A stretch of DNA of 64,000 bases from an uncultured virus (IMG/VR IMGVR_UViG_3300007609_000011) (IMGVR_UViG_3300007609_000011:1-64000), one strand, 5' to 3'; shown: positions 13,001-21,201, counted from the first letter of the stretch. Program-made: numbers and translations. The notes: generated from the letters alone by a model not told the origin.

Positions 13001-13267
13001 ACCGATATTATAAAAAGTAGATGGTTGCCAATCTCGGCGCCATTCAGATCCTTCTGCCATTAAAACCCATCTTGGGTCTGGCGCAGGTGGAATATTATCA
13101 TTTAAAAAATTTAAGTCGTCATAAAAATTTGGTTGGCTGTCGTGCAATTTGATACAGACATATATTTTCGATCCGTACGATATAATATCGTCGGGATTAT
13201 ATCTGTAGAGAGATCTCCATTCACCTCTCCATGTATATCTAAATCTGTCTAGTATAAAATCTGCCAT
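7007..13267 (-). CDS. Giant virion fibre/adhesin protein (2086 aa) with carbohydrate-binding repeats, beta-helix and beta-propellers
   Basis: About nine N-terminal WxxxxxYxxxDIVxYGG repeats, SPYVQNVTTFG beta-helix, FNxxGTK propeller repeats, S-x-DG-x-x-W repeats. Confidence 0.85.
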   Translation of the reverse strand: MADFILDRFRYTWRGEWRSLYRYNPDDIISYGSKIYVCIKLHDSQPNFYDDLNFLNDNIPPAPDPRWVLMAEGSEWRRDWQPSTFYNIGDLVKYGGIVYLCTEGHTSVDSSDNFYDDLSLSYWTVQVSSDNWVTDWTTSTFYKLNDIARYGGIVYRCTEGHISDSTDVTGLEIDQDKWEIVNLGQDWKGDWTTSNRYKVNDIVRYGGIVYRCTEGHESSATSADGLEDDSDKWSVFVNGVEYVGNYVAEGYRYKANDIVKYGSYLYQVTVAHTSREADGFLAGNFSIYCPGQEFDNEWNEDTVYQIGDIVRYGGYLFVNRATGSGIIPTYDTAQPNASWTLLFENSNVRGEWGRTSSYRLGDVVRRSGQVFVAVADSIGEDPDILTDDSTVNSDYWDLIIPGEKWVGIWGAGNTYVEGDVVVLTSSSYRALRRHVSDAGNSPEDDGGFYWEPLILGDPDNVLKEVGDILSYGVQEDGSSIGNRRITIGNEKQTLAVQDSDISWKNLNSATSVFFVANDGVDSPNLGRDQNAPWKTLRYALEYVRDNVSGNSTIYVRTGIFDEVLPLTVPAFCAVVGDELRSTVIRPTQPIISDLDLTYLIQIIQYFQSIVEFVVLEQEIGTADELQPTFGTNLYSNESQVFLGSPSTDDTATNYSSLLGQLVSILNDGLVASVNSTNTASTDEAEVNAYNLLVANRSFILAELKAYITTVQPLYDYNETQLDSNIARVIDAIIYDTQYPGNYRTGLESQYFLNANSYDRNKIQNMFLLRDGTGLRNCTLTGLSGTLGDLNANLTRRPTAGAYASLDPGWGTQDDTVWVGSKSPYVQNVTTFGDGCIGLKIDGDLHAGGNQTIVSNDFTQILSDGIGVWCNGTGKTEAVSVFTYYNHIGYLCTRGGKIRGTNGNCSYGTFGAVAEGFNVSEAPIQASVNNRYFEADVASVQTKNQEISKLFFSNAGNEYTSATFTVSGSGLNQELLGDEIRDDAVYEVRITDPGDSGIAGGAGYKFTTNSAQAGTDKTITIAAADEEVPATYREMRVYIQSGTGAGQYGYVAEYDDTSKIVYVGDEYYPKKTVLETQAIGNLVVLDSTEGLSIGDPVIFTGTHYGNIQETTIYYVNSVSGSNITISTSPDKTGYTLSNAVSDSITLNTGGTPRGIVFNDIGTKAFVLEGGVVTEYFMYDNFNIESATAINTFDSGLNTHTGLTFNATGTKLYFANETTGLIYEHDLSVAYDVTSIDPTPATYDANAVSSIDPTDVLFNNSGSKMYIVESTVASQQIHQYSLSTEFDITTATDDSIALDTALQTTNDNLGGAYFNDDGTKIFVNDSDAVYRYGLSASFDLSSASYDSVTYDFSGTVASAIGAIEFANSGEKMYITAGSTSTIYQFSTVANTAFGLINETGDMELHHLGWNNINPGTPAETTLNTTTNYTIEPRVTFSSPGYSVNSATMYSSGSGNPFTKVIYADGQFVAIAGGTTVSTAVGTSDNGVEWTFSTLPASARWKSIAYGNGNYIAVGDGVSAISTDGISWALAGAPSLSYTGVAYGDGVWIAVASGGDTAVKSTDDGDTWTTITLPSGSDWSAITYGKGKFVAIAESASSNTESAYSADGGDTWTESSMPGGAYAITFGNNRFVAIEGGFEGSNNSFISFDGETWVQGNLPTADNWQDITYGQGLFVAVAEDSGSCAVSEDGIRWESETLSGSSEWSTVAFGNSENTGRFIVISRNTGNRNPVRDIRTGVRAQARVSVVGQRISAISIWEPGSGYGSAPAFVLTDPNNTGDVAVNVRTHHGVLGNPTLVNAGTGFQNNTTFVTITGDGFKDQFQTGSDIIVSGLTRIPGPGDNVNFDEITDYTYKLLSVTVLEGEFPNVTARLTIAKDLDRDESPGHGDSLEIRQQYSQVRLSGHDFLDIGLGNFVQTNYPNVLFPIGTVRAPQDEVIEADGGRVFYTSTDQNGNFRVGELFAVEQSTGIVTINADFFDLEGLEELVLGGVSVGGSGVVVREFSTDPTFTADSNNIIPTQRAIKAFITARVSGGGSDAITGQMTAGVVTMGPNQFTTTTGVEINVPVKMTFQGGIDGVWLQQSVFLSGNNE

Positions 13268-13268
13268 A

Positions 13269-13634
13269 TTAATCTTCCGAATCTAAATTGTTATATTCTA
13301 CGCTTCTGTTAATTTTAACAACCAATTGTCCGTCATCGTCTACATAATAAAATAGACCTCGATCGTCCCAGCGGTACTGATCATATTTTAAATTATCAAA
13401 AACTTTTTCGTGATTTACATCAACTCCTTCATAAAAATCTACGCCAATTTCAAAATCGTTATAGTTTTCTGCTTGATCTCCGGGAGTATTCAATTCAATT
13501 GTGTCGTCGTCTTTGAGTTGATCACTTCTTAAAAGAAATAAACTACCATTTTCGTTTCTTCTTAAAGCATAGAAGTATCTAGGATTATCCCCTAATACAT
13601 CAGCTGGATTCTGTCCTAAATAAAAATTACTCAT
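13269..13634 (-). CDS. Hypothetical (probably virion) protein, 121 aa
   Basis: Tightly packed ORF with GGAG SD inside the structural operon. Confidence 0.75.
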   Translation of the reverse strand: MSNFYLGQNPADVLGDNPRYFYALRRNENGSLFLLRSDQLKDDDTIELNTPGDQAENYNDFEIGVDFYEGVDVNHEKVFDNLKYDQYRWDDRGLFYYVDDDGQLVVKINRSVEYNNLDSED

Positions 13635-13643
13635 TGTTCACTC

Positions 13644-13976
13644 CTATGATAACTCTACAAAGCTAACCACAGCATCTATACTGTCATCTACATTGCTGGA
13701 TATTCGTAGAGTTGTGGTTTCTGGTAATATTAATTTTTCACCATTTGTAACTATTTTAACGGTGCCTCCCGGAGGTATTCCGAGATCTTTAGCATAATAA
13801 GATGCGTTACTGCCTTCGTCTATAACAAAGACATCAACGAAAACATTATCGTAATCTGTAATGTTTGTTAAATTACAACCGATTACAGTTGTACTAAATC
13901 CAACAGGAACAGTTATTACATCTATTGGAGTTGTTCCTATGGTTGTGTTCACCGCATGTTGAAAACTCGTTGGCAT
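13644..13976 (-). CDS. Small beta-rich virion protein, paralog of 16746..17081
   Basis: 110 aa; IPPGGTV...EKLIL pattern shared with VPAGETV...EKIVL. Confidence 0.75.
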   Translation of the reverse strand: MPTSFQHAVNTTIGTTPIDVITVPVGFSTTVIGCNLTNITDYDNVFVDVFVIDEGSNASYYAKDLGIPPGGTVKIVTNGEKLILPETTTLRISSNVDDSIDAVVSFVELS

Positions 13977-13980
13977 CTTA

Positions 13981-15030
13981 TTATCCTATTGTTAATGCAA
14001 ATCTAATTGCAATATCATTTGCTTGTACTTCAGAAACAGCACCAGTTGTACCTGCTGGACTTGCCCAGCTTATACCGTCCCAAATTTCTAAAGCACCTGA
14101 ATCTGTATTATATCTAGTCATACCTATCTCTGCATATGCAGTTGGTCTATTTCCTGAATCACCCACAGGAGGAACAAATCCGTTTGTACCAGCAATTTTA
14201 AAATAACCATCTCCTGACTGCTGTAAAATAGATATACTGTCCTCTACCGCATTTGTAATAGTATTATCTAATATCTCAAAATTTCCTAAGTTAATACTAC
14301 CGGATCCGTTTGCTTCTAAATTTAAATCACCCGTAGATGTAGTAATTTCGTTGTTTGCAAAATCTATATTACCTACTGTGAACGTATTTAAATTTAGGGT
14401 GTCGGCAAATAGATCGTTAGCATAAACATTTTGCCATTTAAAACTGTTTGATCCTAAACTATAAGTGTTGTCTTGGTCAGGAATTAAATCACTGTTTATG
14501 CTTGCATTAATTTCAATCGAATCTGTAATCTCGTCACCAATAATAATGTTACCGCTTATTGTAACATTACCTGTAACATCGATATTACCTGTAACTGTTA
14601 AATCGCCTTCGACATTAGCGGAACTTTGTATATCAACAATACCAGTTCCGCTCGGTCTTAATTCTAAATCACTGTTGCTTACAGTTGTGCTTATTACGTT
14701 GCCATTTAGTTCAATATCGTTTACAATAAAACGACTATGGTAAACTGTCGGTTCTAAACCACTCGGAGCAAAAGAAATAGTATTGTTGGTGCTTACAATA
14801 TCGTTCCCTGATATTGTGATTTCGCCAATGTCAAACTGTGTGTCAACATCAAGATTGGTTACTCGGGCAGTGCCGTTAACATCTAAATTATATTCAGGGG
14901 AAGAAGAGTTAATACCGATTCTGCGATCTGTAACGTCTAAATATAATAAATCCGTCTCAAATGCTAAGTCTACTCCTTCACGAAGTAGATTTGCTTTCAA
15001 GAGCGGACCGCTAATACGACCGACTGCCAT
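13981..15030 (-). CDS. Virion fibre-like structural protein, paralog of 15170..16246
   Basis: N-terminus GRISGPLLxxNLxRxxVDLAF, beta-strand repeats, C-terminal GFVPPVG...RP...GMTRYNTD motif. Confidence 0.8.
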   Translation of the reverse strand: MAVGRISGPLLKANLLREGVDLAFETDLLYLDVTDRRIGINSSSPEYNLDVNGTARVTNLDVDTQFDIGEITISGNDIVSTNNTISFAPSGLEPTVYHSRFIVNDIELNGNVISTTVSNSDLELRPSGTGIVDIQSSANVEGDLTVTGNIDVTGNVTISGNIIIGDEITDSIEINASINSDLIPDQDNTYSLGSNSFKWQNVYANDLFADTLNLNTFTVGNIDFANNEITTSTGDLNLEANGSGSINLGNFEILDNTITNAVEDSISILQQSGDGYFKIAGTNGFVPPVGDSGNRPTAYAEIGMTRYNTDSGALEIWDGISWASPAGTTGAVSEVQANDIAIRFALTIG

Positions 15031-15149
15031 TTGCTCTCCTTACACCCGGGGATCCTGTCCCTCTAACCTAATTTTCATCCCTAAGGCTCTTTGCTGGTTA
15101 ACCACAGTTTGTCCTGTAAGATTAATAGGTCGTTATCTTACATTAATAA
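15031..15149 (-). promoter_or_regulatory. Structured 5' leader (candidate cis-regulatory RNA) between late promoter and start codon
   Basis: About 120 nt with stems TGTAAGAT/ATCTTACA, TAACC/GGTTA and GGGA/TCCC, ending in an AAGGAG SD. Confidence 0.5.
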
Positions 15150-15157
15150 TATTTATC
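15150..15157 (-). promoter_or_regulatory. T4-type late promoter box (GATAAATA)
   Basis: TAAATA core at the start of the intergenic gap. Confidence 0.6.
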
Positions 15158-15169
15158 AAAAAAATGGAT

Positions 15170-16246
15170 TTAACCGAAGATGAGGCTGTAAATGTTGCCG
15201 AGATCTTCCATGATAGGTTCTGATATCACTCGACCTCCACCAGTTGCTACTTGGTATACACTACCGTCGAAGCATTCTAAATAACCAAGATCCGTATTCC
15301 ATCGAGTATCGCCAACTTCTGGAGAAGTTCGTTCGTCTGTATCTCCTACCGGAACTACAAAACCATTTGTGCCTCCGAATTTAAGATAACCGTCGCCGGT
15401 ATGTACTAATTCGTTTTTTGTATCTAACAAGTTGGTTATTATATTATCTGAACCGCTTGCTTCGAACTGCAAATCTTCTAAAGTAACAACACTGGTGTTT
15501 GAATTGAGCTGTAATGCATCGTTTGATTGAATTGTTTTAATTGTGTTTGGAGATTCTACTAATACTTGATCACTTGTAATCAGATTGTCTACTGTTACGG
15601 TATCAACGCCGGCAAATGCATAAATGTGTATCTGTCCCCATCTTTTCGGATCAGTACCTAGACTAAATCTTTCTGTTTGTCCAGGTAAAATATCTTGTGA
15701 GAAATCAGGTGCGATTGCAACAGTGTCTATAGGATTATCGCCAAGTATTATAGTCCCTCCTGCGATAGTGAGATCTTGATCTGTGCTAATGTTCTGACCT
15801 ACAGTTAAATCTCCGTTCACTGTAGTATCTGCTTGCATATCAACAATACCAGTTCCGCTGGTATCCATTTCTATATTCTCATCAGTACCTAAAGATTTAA
15901 TATAATTGTCTTTAATTTGAAAACTCGGAGTTAGTGCTTTGCCCCATTCGATATAAGCATCCGGACCTGTTGGTCTTATGTTTATTTCGCCTAAAGTTGT
16001 TGACCAAGTACTTTGATTATCTAAAGTCACTTTACCGAATATTGCGGTGTTCGTAGCTGTAAAATCGTCAGTTGTTCGAGAATTTCCCGACAAATCTAAG
16101 TCGTAATTAGGGCCGTCGGATTTTAAACCTACTCTACCATTTGCAACATCTAGGTAAAGTAAATCAGTATCGAATGCCAAGTCTACATCGTTTCGAATTA
16201 AGTTCGATTGCAGTAAAGGACCCGATATTCTACCTATCTGTGACAT
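15170..16246 (-). CDS. Virion fibre-like structural protein, paralog of 13981..15030
   Basis: MSQIGRISGPLLQSNLIRNDVDLAF; C-terminal GTNGFVVPVG...GDTRWNTD. Confidence 0.8.
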   Translation of the reverse strand: MSQIGRISGPLLQSNLIRNDVDLAFDTDLLYLDVANGRVGLKSDGPNYDLDLSGNSRTTDDFTATNTAIFGKVTLDNQSTWSTTLGEINIRPTGPDAYIEWGKALTPSFQIKDNYIKSLGTDENIEMDTSGTGIVDMQADTTVNGDLTVGQNISTDQDLTIAGGTIILGDNPIDTVAIAPDFSQDILPGQTERFSLGTDPKRWGQIHIYAFAGVDTVTVDNLITSDQVLVESPNTIKTIQSNDALQLNSNTSVVTLEDLQFEASGSDNIITNLLDTKNELVHTGDGYLKFGGTNGFVVPVGDTDERTSPEVGDTRWNTDLGYLECFDGSVYQVATGGGRVISEPIMEDLGNIYSLIFG

Positions 16247-16749
16247 TAGTTTGCAAATCCAAATAGCAATGTTACGTTCTTGCCGAACGGTACAGGAGAC
16301 GTGAATTGTATTCTTGTATCTCCAGGTGTTCCTAAATAATCATAAATCAATGTGTAATTTGTATCGCTAACTTGAAAAACGTTTTCAATTAATACAATAA
16401 CATTTTCGGCGGCAGCTGGTTCAAAATCTAAAGGCCCGAACACAGTTTCAACTGCATCACCAGGACCTAGTGTTTGTTTTTGTATAGCAGTAGCGCCAGG
16501 AGCTCTAACTATTTCCCATGCTCCACCTACATATGCTTCTATGCTGTCTGTATCAGTATTATAACGAATTGTTCCGTTTGCGCCGCCTGCTTGTCTTATA
16601 CCAGATAGTGTAGGACGTTCTGCTTCAGTTCCTTTTGGTAATCGCAAGCCTCCTGGAATATTCATTACAGCTCGTCCGGCGGCATTGACAAACAAATCCG
16701 TATCACTAGGACTAAATTTGTTTAGACTTGCTCCCTTTAAATACTTCAT
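16246..16749 (-). CDS. Virion structural protein
   Basis: LPKGTEAERP...GTIRYNTD motif typical of phage fibre linkers; C-terminal IxFTSPVP Ig-like segment. Confidence 0.75.
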   Translation of the reverse strand: MKYLKGASLNKFSPSDTDLFVNAAGRAVMNIPGGLRLPKGTEAERPTLSGIRQAGGANGTIRYNTDTDSIEAYVGGAWEIVRAPGATAIQKQTLGPGDAVETVFGPLDFEPAAAENVIVLIENVFQVSDTNYTLIYDYLGTPGDTRIQFTSPVPFGKNVTLLFGFAN

Positions 16750-17081
16750 ACCGGTAATGTACTCACTGTTATCGAAATCAAATTTCCTGAACTTGCTGTA
16801 GCTCTGATTTGATCTCCATCTTCTAAAACAATTTTTTCATCGGAAAAAATAACAGTTTCACCTGCTGGAACAACTAATTGCGATACTACTGTATTTGTGA
16901 TCGAAGTCACACCTCCGTCTGGTACTAAATTAATAGTAATATTTGAAGTGTTGACAGTTTCATCTGTAGCATCGGGTGTTCCTGTATTACAAATCATCAT
17001 AGTTACAATAGCGTTATTACCACTACTTTCGTAAACTAATTCGTCACCTGTCGTTGTTAATCTTGCACTACTAATTGCCAT
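16746..17081 (-). CDS. Small beta-rich virion protein, paralog of 13644..13976
   Basis: 111 aa; its stop overlaps the next start (ATGA). Confidence 0.75.
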   Translation of the reverse strand: MAISSARLTTTGDELVYESSGNNAIVTMMICNTGTPDATDETVNTSNITINLVPDGGVTSITNTVVSQLVVPAGETVIFSDEKIVLEDGDQIRATASSGNLISITVSTLPV

Positions 17082-17090
17082 TGTATAATC

Positions 17091-18044
17091 CTAAAATAAC
17101 ATGCTAAAAAGCAAAGCTTTATCTTTGCTGATAATTTCACCGTTCGATGACGGTCCTACAAAATATAATCCTGTTCCGCCTGAGCTTATAGGGTTAGCAT
17201 GCAACGTAGTATATCCGTTTGTATGAGCAGGCGCTGACCCTGTATGCTCTATGATAACGCCGGAAGAATTTATTTCAACTTTACCGGTATTATTAGTTCT
17301 AAAACTTATATTATCGTTTGTATTATTGTTAGTAATTTCAGAACCTAAAAATTCTAAATCTTGTATTTCGGCTCTATTCGGATAAAATTTTGCACCTTGT
17401 AATCCATCAACAATGATTGCAACTTCACTTTCGCCAACTGCGCCACCTAGGTAATCAGTATCACCTTCATCTGCATCAGAGGCAATTACTCGAGTGTCGC
17501 CTGTTCTTACCTGTCTTGCAGGATTATTCTGAATAGTATCATCTACATATTTTTTGTTTGGTATATCATCGTCATCAGTAACTTGATTTTCATAATTAGT
17601 GGTTCCTGTTACTTTAACTACTCCGGTACCAAACCCTATCAAAGTCAAATCGCCAAAATCAGTATCTGCATCAGTTCTAATTCTTCTTACTCTTAAATTG
17701 CTATCTTGAAAATTATAACTGTCAACTGCTCCGGTTGCAATAAACCATGTATCACTTTCTTCATCAAAAGCAAAGCTTGCAGTACCAGATGATGCTGTAC
17801 CTCTATCTATTTCGATACCACTATACCTTAAGCTAACGCCGTTGCCTGTTTCGCCGTAGTTTAAAGTAATAATGTTATCTTGAACCTGTAAATTTTCGGC
17901 TGAAACTGTAAGTGTATCACCATCAACTACAAGATTACCGGTAACACGGGTAATTCCTACCCCTGCACCGGTATCTAGTGTTATGGTTTTAGTTTCGCCA
18001 GTGACAATATTAATATTGCCATTAGATTGGATAACTTTACCCAT
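17091..18044 (-). CDS. Virion fibre-like structural protein
   Basis: VTGNLVVDG...QDNIITLN...SGIEIDRG and NKKYVD motifs common in T4-like fibre proteins. Confidence 0.75.
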   Translation of the reverse strand: MGKVIQSNGNINIVTGETKTITLDTGAGVGITRVTGNLVVDGDTLTVSAENLQVQDNIITLNYGETGNGVSLRYSGIEIDRGTASSGTASFAFDEESDTWFIATGAVDSYNFQDSNLRVRRIRTDADTDFGDLTLIGFGTGVVKVTGTTNYENQVTDDDDIPNKKYVDDTIQNNPARQVRTGDTRVIASDADEGDTDYLGGAVGESEVAIIVDGLQGAKFYPNRAEIQDLEFLGSEITNNNTNDNISFRTNNTGKVEINSSGVIIEHTGSAPAHTNGYTTLHANPISSGGTGLYFVGPSSNGEIISKDKALLFSMLF

Positions 18045-18058
18045 ATATCACCTTGCTG

Positions 18059-18505
18059 TTAAGCGCCTGGTCCGCCAACTTTTTCTGTTAGTAAAAGCTG
18101 ATTGGAAGTTGAATCATCATCAACTGTCCACTTATAACGCTGATCATTAAAATCGACAGCAATTCTGTTGGTTAGCTTTTGAATAGTTACTGCCGCGGTA
18201 TCGCCACCGTCGTCGACAAAATAACCAACAATAACCATTTCTCCTGCTTCTAGGCCTAATGCAGTCGAATCATCACCCGATCCTGCTTTGTCTACCAAGC
18301 GACAAACTGCTTGTTCTCCGTCTTCTGAACTTTGAACTAGGAATCTGCGAGAAGATTTTTGCTTTACAATAAAAATATCAGATTCTGGATCTGCAATAGT
18401 CATTTTACCGCCGATAAAAGCCGCTTCGACTGGTATATTTGGATAATCTCCTTCAGAACTACTTGTTTGTGTTCCGAAATACTTTTTGTTAATAGGACGT
18501 CCCAT
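18059..18505 (-). CDS. Hypothetical late (probably virion) protein, 148 aa
   Basis: Start reassigned to ATG 18505 (MGRPINKKYFG), which has an AAGGAG SD. Confidence 0.75.
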   Translation of the reverse strand: MGRPINKKYFGTQTSSSEGDYPNIPVEAAFIGGKMTIADPESDIFIVKQKSSRRFLVQSSEDGEQAVCRLVDKAGSGDDSTALGLEAGEMVIVGYFVDDGGDTAAVTIQKLTNRIAVDFNDQRYKWTVDDDSTSNQLLLTEKVGGPGA

Positions 18506-18520
18506 TATTTTCTCCTTTAT

Positions 18521-18578
18521 TAGAAGTCCGATGCGGGTTCTAGCCGCTACGGGGTGGGTCCCCCATAATATATCGAAC
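18521..18578 (-). promoter_or_regulatory. Structured 5' leader: three-way junction with possible pseudoknot
   Basis: P1 GTTCGAT/ATCGGAC, P2 TATGGGG/CCCCGTA, P3 GCGG/CCGC; P3 loop TAGAA is complementary to downstream TTCTA. Confidence 0.55.
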
Positions 18579-18583
18579 ACATG

Positions 18584-18591
18584 TATTTATT
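18584..18591 (-). promoter_or_regulatory. T4-type late promoter box (AATAAATA)
   Basis: Overlaps the stop of the upstream gene and precedes the structured leader. Confidence 0.6.
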
Positions 18592-18856
18592 GCTTTGATA
18601 AATGTTTTAGTATTTCTATTCGTTCGACAGTTTTAACCAATTCATTAATTTTATATATTTCTGTTTCTGCTTTTTCTATATAGTGCCTACTTTTAGTATT
18701 ACGATACTCAACCATATACTTGCTGTATGCCGTTATATGAGATTCTGCGGTAGATTGGAGACGTTCAACATCTTTGTTAAACATTGGATATTTTCTACGA
18801 TATTTTTTTAAATGATTTCTCAGACGAGTAAAGTCATCTTCATCTTTAACTATCAT
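18587..18856 (-). CDS. Hypothetical basic helical protein, 89 aa
   Basis: ORF downstream of the capsid terminator, preceded by CTTAAATA-N5-ATG. Confidence 0.7.
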   Translation of the reverse strand: MIVKDEDDFTRLRNHLKKYRRKYPMFNKDVERLQSTAESHITAYSKYMVEYRNTKSRHYIEKAETEIYKINELVKTVERIEILKHLSKQ

Positions 18857-18871
18857 AAATGTATTTAAGTC

Positions 18872-18901
18872 AAAAAGAAAGGGCCTTGCGGCCCTTCTTT
18901 T
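18872..18901 (-). terminator. Rho-independent terminator of the major capsid gene
   Basis: AAGGGCC-GCAA-GGCCCTT followed by TCTTTTT on the minus strand. Confidence 0.9.
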
Positions 18902-18919
18902 GTGTTACTCTAAAATATA

Positions 18920-20092
18920 TTAAGAGAAACGTAGGTTATTAGTTGTAACTTCAACTTTACTCAGGTAGTCAGCCGCATTACCTAGAGATGATGCAGTGTT
19001 TGTTAACTCTACATAACCATATCTAGTCATGAAACTTACTACTGGCTCGAACGTTGATGGATCTAGTACAACACCGCTTGACATCAATGGGATGTATGGG
19101 CAGTAGAACGCAGGTGCGTCTGATTCGCTTGAACCTTTGTATCCAACAAGTACGTTGTCGTCTGTAGCATAACCGTTTACATATACTCTCATTGCACCGT
19201 TAAGTGTACCAACGAACTTAGTGTTAGTTGGAGCTTCGAAAGTACCTTCAGTTGTTCTTGCGAACGCTGAAGTTGTAGCACTTTGAAGAAGAGTTAATGT
19301 AGTTGGTGAAACGACAGCATAGTTACCAGCACCACGACGTGTACGCTGGGCAATTAAGTTTGCCGCTCTGTTGATTTGAACAGCAAGAGCCGCATGCTCG
19401 TCACCTACGAATGTAGCAGTACCAGAAACGGCTGCCTGATCGTATGTTAAAACAGTACCAGCTAGAGCATTCAAGCTTCCAATCACTTCCTGATCAATTT
19501 CAGCAGTAATTTCTTGTGCCAAAGCAGCCATAATCTCTGCTTCTACGTCGATACCTTGCTGAGCCTGTGCATCTTGCGCAGATTCAAAAGTCCAACGTGC
19601 AGAAAGCTTTCTTGACTTAGCTTCAACAGTTTGCTTCAAGATCTGAATGCTTAAACGATTACCACCAGTACCTTCTAAAGCCGCTGTATTAGCTGCCTTA
19701 TCATCAGCTGCCGCGCCTGAATAGCCTTCAGCAATCTTAAATGGTGATAGTGCTTCTTCGCCAGCAGTAGTATCAGTACCTGATGTGCTGTCAAAGTTGT
19801 CCGCATAACGAACACGTAGTGTGTGGATCTGACCCACTGGTCCAGTCATTGGCTGTACGCCTACCAATTCGTTAGCAATAACGGTTGGCATTACACGTCT
19901 GATCACTGGAAGGATCACACGATTTAGTGTTGCAACATTACCGGCGGAAGTAGCACCAGCGGTAGCACTTTCTGCAAGATACTTACGGGTATTTTCCAGA
20001 GTTGCTGCCATAACTGTGCGCTTGTTACCATTTAGACCTTCAAGTAGGGCCTCTTTGGTTTCCGACCAGCGTGACTCAAGTAGTTGTGACAT
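18920..20092 (-). CDS. gp23: Major capsid protein (T4 gp23 family)
   Basis: LPVIRRVMPxxIAxELVGVQPMTGP, VEAKSRKLSARWT, FYCPYIPL and MTRYG motifs; start ATG 20092 with AGGAG SD. Confidence 0.97.
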   Translation of the reverse strand: MSQLLESRWSETKEALLEGLNGNKRTVMAATLENTRKYLAESATAGATSAGNVATLNRVILPVIRRVMPTVIANELVGVQPMTGPVGQIHTLRVRYADNFDSTSGTDTTAGEEALSPFKIAEGYSGAAADDKAANTAALEGTGGNRLSIQILKQTVEAKSRKLSARWTFESAQDAQAQQGIDVEAEIMAALAQEITAEIDQEVIGSLNALAGTVLTYDQAAVSGTATFVGDEHAALAVQINRAANLIAQRTRRGAGNYAVVSPTTLTLLQSATTSAFARTTEGTFEAPTNTKFVGTLNGAMRVYVNGYATDDNVLVGYKGSSESDAPAFYCPYIPLMSSGVVLDPSTFEPVVSFMTRYGYVELTNTASSLGNAADYLSKVEVTTNNLRFS

Positions 20093-20103
20093 TTTTGTTC
20101 TCC

Positions 20104-21201
20104 TCAAACCTTTAGTCCCGCAAGCCTGCGGATATCAAATACTTCGGCAGTGTTCACTTCACTACCAGTTGATTGTGCCTTTGTTTTTTTGTCGCCTGTA
20201 ATTTCTTTTGCCTCTGTTAACGCTTGTTTTGCTGGTTTACCGCCATCCATTACGGAAGGCATATACTTATCAAACTGTTTGCGTAACTTGTCAGTTTGAA
20301 CAGATTCTAGTAAATCTTTCATGACTTCTCTTTTTTCACTGTTTAACGGTGCAAGAAGTTCGTTCATAACATTACTTCTTTCAATAGAGTCATTGATAGA
20401 TTTGATTTCATGATCTTTCGATTCTAATAAATCCCTAGTTTCAGCAACAACTTTCGCCGCTTCTTCTAGCTCTTGTGTTTTTTGATTCACAACTTTTAGC
20501 AGTTTAGCGGTTTCGGATTTTTCATTAAGATAACTCGTGTTATATTCAGTAGCGAAAGCTTCAAAAATTCTACGACCAAAGTCATTCTGTCTTGCAGATT
20601 CAATATCTTCTTTAAGTTGATTAATTTCACCTTTAAGTGTTTTAGATACTGTTTCTGAAACCATGCTTGATGCAGTTTTAATAAACTTATTCTTAACTTC
20701 ATCAAACTTAGCTTTGTTTTCTTTAACAAGCTTAACTTTAGTTTCGGCAAGATCTTGTTTATCTTCGTAAAATTCAGCTATTTCTTTAGCTAAAGCTTCG
20801 ACAATAAATTCTTCTAGCTTTTGAATATTATTTGCAACAGAATTGCGATCTTCATGAAGTTCTGCTATTTCACCTTTTAAATTCTGCAAAACAAAAGCTT
20901 CCATAGCCTGTGTATCTTGCTTCATTTTTTGTGCATAGCGAGCTCTTGCTTCAATCAAACCCTCACGATCAGCATTGAATTCTTCAAGTTCGCCTTGTAA
21001 TCTTTCAGACAACATTGACTCAATGGCTTCGACCATTGTAGATTTGTCATGCTCATACTTTGTTGCAAACTCTTCGCGTAATTCTGTAGCTACCTGTTCA
21101 CGGTTTTCTTGAATCTTGCTTTCCCAAGCAGTTTCAATTTCCGATTTAATTTCTTCGGAAATCACATTGTTCTCGAATAAATCTTTTACTATGTCAATCA
21201 C
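20104..21201 (-). CDS. gp22: Prohead core/scaffold protein (gp22-like)
   Basis: Glu-rich coiled coil located between protease and capsid genes, as in T4. Confidence 0.8.
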   Translation of the reverse strand: MIDIVKDLFENNVISEEIKSEIETAWESKIQENREQVATELREEFATKYEHDKSTMVEAIESMLSERLQGELEEFNADREGLIEARARYAQKMKQDTQAMEAFVLQNLKGEIAELHEDRNSVANNIQKLEEFIVEALAKEIAEFYEDKQDLAETKVKLVKENKAKFDEVKNKFIKTASSMVSETVSKTLKGEINQLKEDIESARQNDFGRRIFEAFATEYNTSYLNEKSETAKLLKVVNQKTQELEEAAKVVAETRDLLESKDHEIKSINDSIERSNVMNELLAPLNSEKREVMKDLLESVQTDKLRKQFDKYMPSVMDGGKPAKQALTEAKEITGDKKTKAQSTGSEVNTAEVFDIRRLAGLKV

